A stretch of DNA of 64,000 bases from Octopus sinensis (taxonomy: Eukaryota), in contig NC_042998.1 in NCBI RefSeq assembly GCF_006345805.1, positions 204,476,001 to 204,540,000 on the forward strand, read 5' to 3'. Every line of letters starts with the position of its first letter. Position 1 is the stretch's first letter. The position numbers and the translations under genes were made by a program. Of the stretch, positions 13,161-27,680 are shown piece by piece. Under the pieces are notes generated by a model. It saw only the letters and a program-made list of their open reading frames with translations, did no database searches and had not been told where the DNA came from.

Positions 13161-14586
13161 CCCGGTTTCAATCAAATTTTCAAAAAAAAAGACCACTACA
13201 GTAAATACCAGACTTCAAAAAAAAACAATAAGACCCAGGGTCAATTCTTCAAGATAGTGCTCAAGTAAAAGAACTAAAGAACTAACACATAAACAAAACC
13301 AAAACAAGCAAATACATTATTATATATCTTATATATGTATATATTATGATTATTATATATATAATATAAATATAAAAAATATATGTTATGTATGCATATA
13401 TATATATATAATATATAAATATAAAAAACATTATATATATATATATTATATATATATATAAATATATCTATATATATAAGAAACATATATATATATAAGA
13501 AACACATATATATATATAAGAAACACATATAATATATATAAAAACATATATATATTATATAAATATAAAAAACACATATATATATATATATAAATATAAA
13601 AACATATTATAATATATATATAAATATAAAAAACATATATATATATATAAATATAAAAAACATATATATATATATAAATATAAAAAACATATATATATAT
13701 ATATATAAATATAAAAAACATATATATATATAAATAAAAAACATATATATATATATAAATATAAAAAACTATATATATATATATAAATATAAAAAACATA
13801 TATATATCTATATAATATAAAAAACATATATATATATATAAATATAAAAAACATATATCATCATCATCATCATCATCATTTAGCGTCCCCGTTTTCCATG
13901 CTAGCATGGGTTGGACCAATATAATATATATATATATAAAAAAATATATATATATATATAAATATAAAAAACATATATATATATATAAATATAAAAAACA
14001 TATATATATATAATATAAAAAACATATATATATAAATATAAAAAACATATATATATATATAATATAAAAAAACATATATATATATAAATATAAAAACATA
14101 TATATATTATATAATATATATAAAAAACATATATATATAATATATAAATATAAAAAACATATATATATATATATATATAAATATAAAAAACATATATATA
14201 TATATATATAAATATAAAAAACATATATATATATATATAAATATAAAAACCATATATATATATATAAATATAAAAACAATCATATATAATATATATAATA
14301 TAAAAACATATATATATATATATTAAATATAAAAAACATATATATATATATAATATATAAAAACATATATATATATATATAAATATAAAAACATATATAT
14401 ATATATAATATAAAAAACATATATATATATAAATATAAAAACATATATATATATATATAAATATAAAAAACATATATATATATATAAATATAAAAAACAT
14501 ATATATATATAAATATAAAAAACATATATATATATAAATATAAAAAACATATATATATATATATAAATATAAAAACATATAATATA

Positions 14587-14885
14587 TCTCTCTATATATA
14601 AACGGCAGTTTGTCTGTGTGTGTTTCTGTGTGTCTGTTAGGTTGTACCCTCACCCTGACCACGGCTTTCAACCGATTCTGATGAAATTTGACACACACAT
14701 AGCCCAATGTCATAATTCAAAACTAACGCAGCGAAAATTTTGAAAAGTTCCCCCAGTTCTGAAAAAAATCGATAAATTCGACATGGGGTCGAGAATCAGA
14801 AACACAAAGTTTGGCTATAACTCTCTAAAAATGCTTTATAGTTATTTCCCTTACAAACCCGAGCACCGCCGGGCGATACTGCTAG
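14587..14885 (+). mobile_element. Non-autonomous Helitron (~300 bp)
   Basis: 5' TC(TCTCTATATATAAA), 3' CTAG preceded by hairpin CCCG-AGCACCGC-CGGG, inserted between A and T with no TSD. Confidence 0.85.
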
Positions 14886-16242
14886 TATATAAAATATAAA
14901 AACATATATATATATATATAATATAAAAAACATATATATATATATAAAATAAAAAAAAAAATATATAAAAAAAATAATATATATAAAAAACTATATATAT
15001 ATAAATATAAAAAACTATATATATATAAATATAAAAACATATATATATATATAAATATAAAAAACATATATATATATATAAATATAAAAACATATAGATA
15101 TATAAATATAAAAATACAAAAAAAAATATAAATATATATATATATAAATATAAAAAACATATATATATATAATATAAAAACATATATATATATATATAAA
15201 TATAAAACACATATATATATATATAAATATAAAAAACATATATATATATAAATATAAAAACATATATATATATAAATATAAAAAACATATATATATATAA
15301 TATAAAAACATCTATATATAATATAAATATAAAAACATATATATATATAAATATAAAAAACATATATATATATATATAAATATAAAAAACATATATATAT
15401 ATATAAATATAAAAAACATATATATATATAAATATAAAAAACATTATATATATATATAAAAAACATATATATATAATATAATATAACATATATATATTAT
15501 AAATATAAAAAACATATATATATATATAAATATAAAAAACATATATATATATATATAAATATAAAAAACATATATATATATATATAAATATAAAAAACAT
15601 ATATATATATATAATATAAAAACATATATATATATATAAATATAAAAAACATATATATATATATATAAATATAAAAAACATATATATATAATATAAAAAA
15701 CATATATATATATATAAATATAAAAAACATATATATATATATAAATATAAAAACATATATATATATAAATATAAAAAATATATATATATATAAATATAAA
15801 AAACATATATATATATATATAAATATAAAAAACATATATATATATATAAATATAAAAAAACATATATATATATATAAATATAAAAAACATATATATATAT
15901 AAAATAAAAAAACATATTATATATATATAAATATAAAAAACATATATATATATATATAAATATAAAAAACATATATATATATATAAATATAAAAACATAT
16001 ATATATATATAAATATAAAAACATATATATATATATAAATATAAAAAACATATATATATATAAATATAAAAACACTATATATATATATAAATATAAAAAA
16101 CATATATATATATATAATATAAAAAACAATATATATATATAAATATAAAAAACATATATATATATATAAATATAAAAAACATATATATATATAATATAAA
16201 AAACATTATATATATATATAATATAAAACACATATATATATA

Positions 16243-16539
16243 TCTCTCTATATATAAACGGCAGTTTGTCTGTGTGTGTTTCTGTGTGTCTGTTTAGGTT
16301 GTACCCTCACCCTGACCACGGCTTTCAACCGATTCTGATGAATTTTGACACACACATAGCCCAATGTCATAATTCAAAACTAACGCAGCGAAAATTTTGA
16401 AAAGTTCCCCCAGTTCTGAAAAAAATCGATAAATTCGACATGGGGTCGAGAATCAGAACACAAAGTTTGGCTAACTCTCTAAAAATGCTTTATAGTTATT
16501 TCCCTTACAAACCCGAGCAACGCCGGGCGATACTGCTAG
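16243..16539 (+). mobile_element. Non-autonomous Helitron, near-identical second copy
   Basis: Same termini and body as 14587-14885 with about five small differences; A|T junction. Confidence 0.85.
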
Positions 16540-18779
16540 TATATAAAATATAAAAAACATATTATATATATAAATATAAAAAACATAATAATATATATAT
16601 ATAATATAAAAAACATATATATATATATATAAATATAAAAAACATATATATATATAAATATAAAAACATATATATATATATAAATATAAAAACATATATA
16701 TATATATAAATATAAAAAACATATATATATATAAATATAAAAAAACATATATATATATATATAAATATAAAAAACATATATATATCAATATAAAAACATA
16801 TATATATATATATAAATAAAAAACATATATATATATATAAATATAAAAAACATTATATATTATAAATATAAAAACATATATATATATAAATATAAAAAAC
16901 ATATATATATATAATATAAAAAAACATATATATATATATAAATATAAAAAACATATATATATATAAATATAAAAAACATATATATATATATAATATAAAA
17001 AACATCTATATATATATAAATATAAAAACATATATTATAATAAATATAAAAACATATATATATATAAATATAAAAACATATATATATTATAAATATAAAA
17101 AACATATATATATATATATAAATATAAAAAACATATATATATATATAAATATAAAAAACATATATATATATATATAAATATAAAAAACATATATATATAT
17201 ATAAATATAAAAAACATATATATATAGATATAAATATAAAAAACATATATATATATATAATATAAAAAACATATATATATATATATAAATATAAAAAACA
17301 TATATATATATATAAATTAAAAAACATAATATATATATATAATATAAAAAACATATATATATATATAAATATAAAAACATATATATATATAATATAAAAA
17401 ACATATATATATATATAAATATAAAAAACATATATATATTATATAAATATAAAAAACATATTATATATATAAATATAAAAAACATATATATATATATAAA
17501 TATAAAAAACATATATATATATATAAATATAAAAAACATATATATATATATATAAATATAAAAAATATATATATATCTAAATATAAAAAACATATATATA
17601 TATCTATAAATATAAAAAACATATATATATATATAAATATAAAAACATATATATATATATAAATATAAAAAACATATATATATATAAATATAAAAACATA
17701 TAATATATATATAAATATAAAAAACATATATATATATATAAATATAAAAACATATATATATATATATAAATATAAAAAACATATATATATAAATATAAAA
17801 AACATATATATATATATAAATATAAAAAACATATATTATATTATAAATATAAAAAACATATATATATATATTAAATATAAAAAACATATATATATATATA
17901 ATATAAAAAACATATATATTATATATAAATATAAAAAACATATATATATAATAAATATACAAAACATATATATATATATAAATATAAAAAATATATATAT
18001 ATATAAATATAAAAACATATATATATATATAAATATAAAAAACATATATATATATATAAATATAAAAAACATATATATATATATAAATATAAAAACATAT
18101 ATATATATATAAATATAAAAAACATATATATATATATAATATAAAAAAACATATATATATATATAAATATAAAAAACTATATATATATATAAATAAAAAA
18201 ACATATATATATATATAATATAAAAAACATATATATATATATAATATAAAAAACATATATATATATAAATATAAAAACATATATATATATATAAATATAA
18301 AAAACTATATATATATATAAATATAAAAAACATATATATATATATAAATATAAAAAACATATATATATATATAAATATAAAAAACATATATATATATATA
18401 AATATAAAAAACATATATTATATATAAATATAAAAAACATATATATATATAAATATAAAAAACATATATATATATATAAATATAAAAACATATATATATA
18501 TAATATATTATGTGGCAATGTCCGCATCACAGTCATCATCATGTGGAAACGGATTTGTAATTTAAATGCAGAAATCTAATTTTTTTATAAATGGCAGAGA
18601 GATAGATAGAAAAAGATAAAGAGTAAGAGAAAGTGAGGGAAAGTCTGAGAGAAAGGAAGAGTAAGAGAGTGGGAAAATGAGAAAGGATAGAGAAAGAAAG
18701 AAGGAGAATGTGGCGATAAGAAACAGAAAGTAACAACCACACCCTCACCCGCGCGTAGAGTGGGTCACCTTAAGCTAGT

Positions 18780-18819
<40 letters not shown>

Positions 18820-18825
18820 TCTATG

Positions 18826-18867
<42 letters not shown>

Positions 18868-18939
18868 ATATACATATATATATACACCCACATATATATA
18901 TGTATGTGTATATATATATATATATATATATGTATAGAA

Positions 18940-19800
18940 ATTAAATATAAATTACAAAATGGGACAAGAACGCAAAAACACACAAAGAGCCGACACAAAA
19001 AAAACAGACGGATCATTCGAAGCCTCTAATCTTCAGTCGGGAACTGGATCATCTTAGCAATTTCGGCTGATTAATCCAGATATCGCTCCGATACGGCCAG
19101 CCCCAAAGAAAAACTAAGCTATGGGCATTAGATTTCTTGGAAAGAGGATCGAATGTATACGAAACAAGGACAGGATGCCACACGAATATAAATACAAGAA
19201 ACAAAAAATAAAAAATAGAAATATATATATATATATATATATATATAAGAGAGAGTATAAAAGGAATAAATTATCCTGCTGGATACCGTATTATCTCACA
19301 AAATGGTATAGGTGCTGACTATCCACAATGGTCCAATTACAGACTGTTATCAATGGGGGAAGGAGTAATAGCTTAAAAGATAAACAATAATAACGGAAGT
19401 AGTAGAACTATCAAATGTGATTGCGCAAGGAACAGTGTCTGTCTGCTTAACTCTATTTGTAGGTATAAAAATATTGTATACAGATGTAAGGTTACCTCAG
19501 AGAATAGGGAGTACTTCTATATAGGAGCTAGCTCATGTTATATTAAGTCACTTAAATTCATTTAGCTATAGGAACAAAATGAATACTACTAGCCTTAGTA
19601 AACTAATCTGGGCACTAAAAGATAGTAACAAAATATATTCGGTTGCTTGGGAAATAATTAGTAAGGAATTATAGAAAAAAGCCAAAAATAGATGTGATCA
19701 TTGTGTGGAAGAAATGTACCAAAATCTCACTTCTAAATTTATACTTATAAACACAAGACAAGAACAGACTCTGAGATGTCCACACTTGAGAAAACATGTT
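18940..19800 (+). mobile_element. Penelope-like element remnant with a degenerate GIY-YIG endonuclease
   Basis: 19413-19800 translates to KCDCARNSVCLLNSICRYKNIVYRCKV..EYFYIGAS, then after a frameshift TTSLSKLIWALKD..VAWEII..CDHCVEE..LINTRQE..RCPH. This matches the Cys-rich GIY-YIG C-terminus of Penelope-like elements. A pLTR-like segment at 18940-19130 is tentative. Confidence 0.7.
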
Positions 19801-20237
19801 AAAACAATTTCAATAAACACAACTCACCATCTACATTAATTATGCTAGTTACAATAATGATTATAATAATGATATTTATACAAATACTACTACTAATATT
19901 AATAATAATTATAATAATAATAACAATAATAATAATGATAATAACAATAATATTGAGGATATAAACCCAAAATAAGCAAAGTACCTCTGAATAAATAATA
20001 TACTCCACACAGCAAAATGTAAACAAACTGCTACAATTACTTGAAATTGGAATAAACATTTTAAAACCATTCTTCAACTGTAATAGTAGTAGAGGTGATT
20101 ATAAGACTGGAATTTCATTGGATTTAAAAAGTAATACTATCACCTTCAACGGAATATCAAAGCAGGAAGCTTGTTTGAATGAATTCACTTTGGACCCTTC
20201 ATGAAATTGCAGAGACTAGAATGCATAATTGCACATA

Positions 20238-20630
20238 GGCGCAGGAGTGGCTGTGTGGTAAGTAGCTTGCTTCCCAACCACATGGTTCCGGGTTCAGTCC
20301 CACTGCATGGCAACTTGGGCAAGTGTCTTCTACTATAGCCTTGGGCCAACCAAAGCCTTGTGAGTGGATTTGGTAGACGGAAACTGAAAGAAGCCAGACG
20401 TATATATGTATATATATATGTGTGTGTGTGTGTGTTTGTGTTTGTCCCCCCTAACATCGCTTGATAACTGATGCTGGTGTGTTTACATCCCCATAACTTA
20501 GCAGTTCGGCAAAAGAGACCGATAGAATAAGTACTAGGCTTACAAAGAATCAGTCCTGGGGTTGATTTGCTCGACTAAAGGTGGTGCTCCAGCATGGCCG
20601 CAGTCAAATGACTGAAACAAGTAAAAGAGT
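20238..20630 (+). mobile_element. Full-length CORE-type tRNA SINE (family A)
   Basis: GGCGCAGGAGTGGCTGTGTGG head, GGTTCAGTCCC B box, CTTGGGCAAGTGTCTT core, internal (TA)n(TG)n and GAAACAAGTAAAAGAGTA tail. Confidence 0.85.
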
Positions 20631-20994
20631 ATATAGAAATCTCTACTCTTCATTACGAATTGTGTTTGTCTGTGTTTTTCCTGCCACCACTACTTGACAA
20701 CCAGTATCGATGTGCTTATATCTCCATAACTTAGCAGTTCAGCAAAAGAAACCCATAGAATAAGTAATAAGCTTTAAAAAAAATAAGTCCTGGGGTCAAT
20801 TTGTTCAACTAAAAAAAACCCTTCGTGGCAGTGCTGCAGCATGGCCAGAGTCAAATGACTGAAACAAATAAAAGAATTTGCAGATGGAATATGCAAAAGA
20901 AGAGTCTTGGATATTCAACCAGTGAACATTGACCCAGAAATATACCAGGAAGTCTGGTGCCCTTCATCAAGAGAAAGTTGGCAAAAACCCAACT

Positions 20995-21292
20995 GCATGT
21001 GTGTAGATATGCATGTGTGTGTGTATATATATATATATATATGCATGTGTATATGTGTGTATATATATATATATGCATGTGTGTATATATATATATATAT
21101 GCATGTGTGTATATATATATATATATATATGCATATGTATGTATGCATGTGTATATATATGCATGTGTATATGCATGTATGTATGTACATATGCATGTGT
21201 ATATATGCATGTATATATGCATGTGTGTATATGTATATATATATATATATGTATGCATGTGTATACATGTATATGTATACATGTGTATGTAT

Positions 21293-21325
<33 letters not shown>

Positions 21326-21335
21326 GCATGTATGC
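20995..21335. repeat. Compound TA/TG/ATGCAT microsatellite
   Basis: Directly visible. Confidence 0.9.
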
Positions 21336-21761
21336 AGGAATATATCAGCTGTTCCTGGCAGCTCAATATTTTTCTCTTTAAAGACAATATAATCCCAACT
21401 TTTAAATGGTTAATCTTAACGAGTTGCTTAATTTACTGCTCAAACAAACCAGTAAGGGAGGCTGTAATGCAACAGCTGTTCAGTGTGCTAGAAACAGCAG
21501 CCAAATCACCCTCTAGTTACACTTTTACTGTCTTAGAAAAGAATGACATATTTGCTAATGTGTTCCTGAGTGCAAAGTCTACAATAAAGACTGGAGAGTC
21601 ATGGCTGGAAGACCTCTTAGTCCGTTTGATCAATGCAACACTAATATTAGGACTATTAGTGCTAGTTTTGACAGTGAAATAAGAATTCTTCAAGTGTTTG
21701 ATGAATCTCACCATTCTGTAGGAATCCATTCATCTTCCCTAATTAGGGGCAGGCATCATTG

Positions 21762-22080
21762 TGTGGTAAGAAGCTGGCTTCCCAACCACAGGGTTCAGGG
21801 TTCAGTTCCACTTACAAACACTTTGGGCAAGTGTCTTCTAGTATAGCTCCAGCCTTGTGAGGGGAATTGGTAGACGGAAACTGAAAGAAGCCCATCGTAT
21901 GGTTGTGTGTGTTTGTCCCTCACCACAGCTTGACAACCAGTGTTGGTACATTTACATCCCTGTAACTTAGCAGTTTGGTAAAAAAAAAAATGACCACTAC
22001 AGTAAATACCAGACTTCAAAAAAAAAAAAAAGACCCAGGGTCAATTCTTCGAGATAGTGCTCAAGTAAAAGAACTAAAGA
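21762..22080 (+). mobile_element. CORE-type SINE (family A) whose 3' end opens the duplicated satellite block
   Basis: Family A head and core. Its 3' part (from ~21980) recurs at 13180-13270. Confidence 0.7.
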
Positions 22081-22129
22081 ACTAACACATAAACAAAACC
22101 AAAACAAGCAAATACATTATTATATATTT

Positions 22130-22735
22130 TAGATATGTTTATATATTATGATTATGATTATATATAATATATAAATATAAAAAATATATGTTATATATGC
22201 ATATATATATAATATATAAATATAAAAACATTATATATATATAATGTTTTTATATATAATGTTTTAAATCCTTAAAAATGTTTTAGCCCGAAGGCCACGG
22301 CCATGCTGGGGCACCACCGCTATAAAAATATATTTATATATATATATATAAAAGAAACATATATATATCATCATCATCATCATCGTCGTTTAACGTCCGT
22401 TCTCCATGCTAGCATGGGTTGGACGGTTCGACCGGGGTTCTGGGAAGCCAGAAGGCTGCACCAGGCTCCAGTCTAATCTGGCAATGTTTCTACAGCTGGA
22501 TGCCCTTCCTAACGCCAACCACTCCGTGAGTGTAGTGGGTGCTTTTTACGTGCCACCTGCACAGGTGCCAGGCGGGGCTGGCAACGGCCACGGTCAGATT
22601 GGTGTATTTTATGTGCCACCGGCACTATATATATATATATATATATAAAACATATATATATAATATAAAAAACATATAAATAAATATAAAAAACATATAT
22701 ATATAAATATAAAAAACATATAAATAAATATAAAA

Positions 22736-22773
<38 letters not shown>

Positions 22774-22800
22774 TAAAAAACATATATATAATTTATTATG
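22130..22800. repeat. Short version of the AAATATAAAAAACATATAT satellite
   Basis: Same unit and same flanks as 13320-18510; interrupted by an RTE 3' UTR fragment at 22368-22625. Confidence 0.85.
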
Positions 22801-23684
22801 TGGTAATGTCCACATCACAGTCATCATCATCATCATCACCATCATCATTGTTACCACTGGCTATTTGTCAACCTGACACCAGACATATAAAACTGCTAGA
22901 CCTTATTATTAAGGGACGGCAAACATTTTTTTCAGACGTTCAATAACAAGAAAGAAAGAAATAAAATAAAATTTAAAAAATACCTAAAAAGGAGCTATTA
23001 TAAAATAGCTCTTGTTGGATTTGTTGATATTTGAACCGTGGAATCATTCATTCAAAAGTCAATGAACCAGTGAGATTAAATGACAGATTATCCAGTTGTA
23101 AGATTATCCAGTTGTAGTCCAGTCAATAAAACCTTGCATTTTATCAAAATTTACGAAATGGTGAGAATGCTGCTTTCTTCTTCTTGTTTATTTTTTGATC
23201 TCCTCCTCTTTGCAAAATTCCTGTTTTTTTTCTTTTTGCTTTTTATTGATTTATTATTATCATTATTCTAATATTCTACTTCTCAGAGCCCTCAATCTCA
23301 CTTGTTCTGGTTACTTCTGTGAGAACGGACAGCATCCTGTGGTCAAAGATCTCACACCACCTTTTTCTACAAATCATAAGACTTGGTACTCAGCTCTTAA
23401 GCTCCATGCAAGAGGCACAGCACACTTGTTAATCATAGTAATTATTATTATCATAATTAAGATGACAAAGGAAGCAAATTGGTAGAATCATTAGCATGGC
23501 TTAGCGGTATTTCATCTGCCTTCATGTTCTGAGTTCAAATGCTGCCGGGGTCTTCTTTGCCTTTCATCCTTTCAGGGTTGATAAATTAAGTACCAGTTAC
23601 AGACTGGGGTCAATGGAATCTACTTAATCCCTTCCCCCCAATTTGAGGCCTTGTACTTCCAGTAGAAAGAATTATTATTATTAT

Positions 23685-24245
23685 TGAGTGAGAGAGCAGT
23701 GCATGCCATCAAAGTGACACTGGGGTAAAATATACGAAGCCCAGTATACCCATCAGGACTACCCGTCTGATAAGGGTACACTAGGCACATGCATCACAAC
23801 CATATGTGCGCAACATGGTGATCTCATATCAAGATAAACAGCACATGACCTTGCAGGTGGGGCCCAGTTAGAATTTTCTTCTGGTCGAGTAACCCATCCC
23901 GCTCAGAAGGTCCCTGAATAAAGGTTGTTTAAGGATGTTGAACGAAACACCCATGTTTCCAGAGGTGAATTATTCAAACCCCAAAGAATCCCTCTCAACA
24001 CATGGCTATGATGCTCCCCCACTACTTCTGCTCGTGATCAGAGATGCACATATCGTCAGCCACTAAGGGACATGCTCAACTGGTTAAGGTCAAACAACTG
24101 ACAAACAAATCTGTGGTATTGAGCAGAATATTTGCTGTAGCCCATCTTTTATACCAAGACAAATCAATGTACATGATAACACTTCCAGTCAGTTAAGATC
24201 AGAAGCCACGAGAGCCACTGCCTGGTACTGCATCAGGACATTTAT
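23685..24245 (-). mobile_element. Unclassified interspersed repeat, probable LINE 3' end with (TAA)n tail
   Basis: Bounded by (TTA)n on both sides. Its terminus GAGTGAGAGAGCAG..CCATCAAAGTGA recurs at ~63845 next to (TTA)n. Confidence 0.5.
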
Positions 24246-24684
24246 TATTATTATTATTATTATTAAGGCAGTGAGCTGGTAGAATTGTTAGCATGCTGGA
24301 CAAAATGCTTAGCGGTACTTTGCCTGTCATTATGTTGTGAGTTCAAATGCTACCAGGGTCATCTTTGATGTTCATCCTTTCGGAGTTGGTAAAATAAGTA
24401 CCAGTTGCATACTGGAGTCAATCTAATCAACCTACTCCCTGCCCCCAAATTTCAGGCCTTGTGCCTATAGCAGAAAGGATTATAATTAAGGCGACAAGCT
24501 GGCAGAATCGTTAGCATGCCAGGCAAAATTCTTTACATTCTGAGTTCAAATTCTACGAAGGTCAGCTTTGCCTTTCATTCTTTCAGGGTTGATAAAATAG
24601 GGACCAGTTGGGTACTGAAGTTGGTGTAATCAACTTGTTCCCTCCAACAAAATTTCAGGCCTTGTGCCCCATAGAAGAAACGAT

Positions 24685-25078
24685 TACTCTTTTACTTGTT
24701 TCAGTCATGTGACTGTGGCCATGCTGGAGCACCGCCTTTGGTCGATCAAATCGCCCACAGGACTTATTCTTTGTAAGCCTAGTACTTATTTTATCGGTCT
24801 CTTTTTGCCGAACCGCTAAGTAACGGGGACATAAACACACCAGCATCGGTTGTCAAGCGATGTTGGGGGGACAAACACAGACACAGAAACACACACATAG
24901 ACATATACATATATACGACAGGCTTCTTTCAGTTTCCGTCTACCAAATCCACTCACAAGGCTTTGGTCGGTCCGAGGCTATAGTGGAAGACACTTACCCA
25001 AGGTGCCACGCAGTGGACTGAACCCGCAACTGTATGGTTCGTAAGCAAGCTACTTACCACACAGCCACTCCTGCGCCT
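24685..25078 (-). mobile_element. Full-length CORE-type SINE (family A)
   Basis: Reverse complement of the 20238-20630 layout. Confidence 0.85.
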
Positions 25079-27189
25079 ATTGTTATTATTATTTTAGTAT
25101 CACTGCTTGTCTTTCTCTCCTGTGACTATGGAAGACAATAGTTTTGTGTCTGTTTGCAGCTTCTGTCATAGAAACTGACAGAAAACAAACTGCAGAAAGC
25201 AGTTTCCAAAAATCAAAATATTGCATTACACACACATTCAGCATCAGCATCATCGTTTAATGTCCGCCTTCCATGCTGGCATGGGTGGAATGGTTTGGCA
25301 GGAACCGGCCAGGTAGAAGCCTGCACCAGACTTTTCTGAATGTTTTAGAAGGGCTTTTACAGCTGGATGCCCTTCCTAACACCAACCACAGTGCTTTTTA
25401 CATAGCACAAGCACAGGTGAGGTCAGTATTGGCAAGGATTTTTTTACAGCTGGATGCCCTTCCAAATGCCAACCACTTTACAGTGTGGACTGGGTGCTTT
25501 TAAGTGGCACCTGCACGGGCAAGGTCACCAAGTAACTTGCAAGACAAAGAATTTTTGAGAGGGGTGGGGCATTGGAGGAGGTGATTTTGTGTCAGATGAT
25601 GAAAGGTTACAGTGAGACAGAGAGGCTGTAGAGGAGGTACAAGATTACCTGGCCAGAGAGAGATCAGGAATGAAGACAGAGACAGTTATATAAGTAGTTT
25701 TACTCAGCTGCCCATCTGTGTGAAGAGCAGAGGAGGAGTTCAACATGGCTTCCAGGTGTTTAGACCTCCACTGGTCAGCTCAGGTTATATGGGGTCCGTG
25801 TGTTTGGACAGGATGCTGGCGCCTGTTTGGCAGCAGGCTGTGGTGGAATGTCTTCAGTGGCATCAGTTTCTTGTATTGGGTATCACACAGGGTCAGGTGT
25901 AATATTAGTTCAATTTGGGGGCTCAGTTGTTGTTCAGTGAAGTATGAACTCGTTAGCAACATCAGTCTATGCATACACACACACACACACATGGCATTAA
26001 GAAGAGCATCCAGCCATAGAAACCATGCCAAAGCTAACAATGGAACTTGATGCAGCTCAACAGGTCCTTTTAAACTATCTAACCTATGCCAGCATAGAAA
26101 ATGGACAGATGATGATGATGATGATGATGAGGGGGAGGAAGAGGACATCCATACAACAGATCCAGTGTTCAAGGAGACCAAAATCCAGACAAGATTCAAT
26201 ACATGTTCTGCTCACAACTCTAATATAAATAGTTTCTGATGATCCAAACAATGGGGTGAAAGCATAGCTACTTTACTAAAACTAATCAATCTGTTTATAT
26301 ATAAATAGAATACAAGCATGGAGTAGTCATATCCTGTACTCTGAGTTTCTCGATAGCATTGGATGTGATTTTATTGCATTTACACTCGCCGTTCATTAGC
26401 TGTCATGTGGGTCTGTTACAAGAAAAAGCAGCTGAGGAACGGTAACTGTAAATTGGATAAAACCGTATCTGATGTTGCCAGGAAACTCTGAGTAGAAAAT
26501 GTCAGTGAACTTGGTAAGTAGAAACTAAAATCCATAGCGTGTGTGTGTGTGCGTGCTTACATATATGCGAGTGGATGCAGTAGATGGAAACTGGAAGAAG
26601 CCCATCATATGTGTGTGTATGTGTGTCTCCCACCTCCACCACTTGACAACTGATATTGGTGTGTTTAGAACCCCATAACTTAGCAGTTCATTAAAAGAGA
26701 ACGACAAAATAGGCACTGCATGAAAATCCTCTGATTAAATTTCTTTAAGGTGGTGTCCATCATGGCTGCAGTCTAATGACCGATAAAAGATATAAATATG
26801 TACATGTTTGAAAGATCATGTGATTCCCTCATGTTTCCTGCTATATAAGCCATTACTTCCTGCTGGTGTCATAAGAAAGCAGGACAGCACAAAAAGATAT
26901 GCAGACTTCTTGACATGTCCCTTTTTTTTCCCCAGTTCCCTGCATAGTACATGTCAGGGCTGCTAGCTAGACTAAAACAGTATTACCTCACTTGGAAACA
27001 AGTAGAGGTTGCTGGCAAGAAATGCATCCAGCCTTAAAAGAAGATTCCTTTAAAGGACTCCTGCTGTTTCTCCTCTGCAAGTGAGGCAAAGCAGTCATCA
27101 GAACAAAGATGATCATCATGATGAAGACATTTCCTCAAGTTGTGAAGAGGATTGCTTTGGTAAAATCTATTTTCTCCCAAGATGACACA

Positions 27190-27680
27190 TCATCATCATT
27201 TAATGTACATTTTCCATGCTGGCATGGGTTGGACGGTTCAACTGAGGTCTGGAGAGCCATGAGGCTGCACCAGGCTCCAGTCTGATCTGGCAGTGTTTTT
27301 GCAGCTGGATGCCCTTCCTAATGCCAACCACTCCGAGTGTGTAGTGGCACAGGAGCCAGTCAAGTGGGCTTGGCATTGATCACGTTTGGATGGTGCTTTT
27401 CATGTACCACCAGTACAGGGGGTGGGGCGAACCAGGAGGCACTGGCATCGGCCACATTCGGTTAGTGCTTTTTACGTGCCACCAGCACGGAGGGGGGGGG
27501 GCAGTCAGGGGACACTGGCATCGGCCACATTCGGTTGGTGTTTTTTATGTGCCACCAGCAGAGGAGCCAGTTGGGGGGCACTGGGATCGGCCACATTCAG
27601 TTTGTGCTTTTTATGTGCCACCAGCACAGGGGGTGGGGCCAGCCAGGAGGCACTGGCATCGGCCACATTCAGATGGTGCT
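27190..27680 (-). mobile_element. RTE 3' UTR fragment with internal tandem repeats
   Basis: CATCATCATTTAATGTAC..CCATGCTGGCATGGGTTGGACGG tail plus repeated GGCACTGGCATCGGCCACATTC units. Confidence 0.75.

Larger units (their letters stand above)
13320..18510. repeat. ~5.2-kb AT-rich satellite, unit about AAATATAAAAAACATATATATATAT (24-28 bp)
   Basis: Directly visible tandem array. Interrupted at 13858-13919 (RTE tail) and by two Helitrons. Confidence 0.97.

Noticed and set aside
13320-18510. Repeat array as possible CRISPR-like locus
   Set aside because: Eukaryotic context, no unique spacers and no cas genes; it is a simple tandem satellite.
13274-18542. Dozens of ORFs up to ~400 aa of YIYI/FLYL type
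   Set aside because: They are stop-free readings of the AT satellite, with overlapping frames and no complexity.
18995-19060. Possible hammerhead (CTGAAGA...GAA) on the minus strand of the Penelope-adjacent segment
   Set aside because: It lacks the GAAA-N-UH geometry (reads GAAU) and has no consistent stem I.
21332-21846. Overlapping 80-116-aa ORFs in non-repetitive-looking sequence
   Set aside because: No family motif, no clear splice sites, and similar-length ORFs in competing frames.
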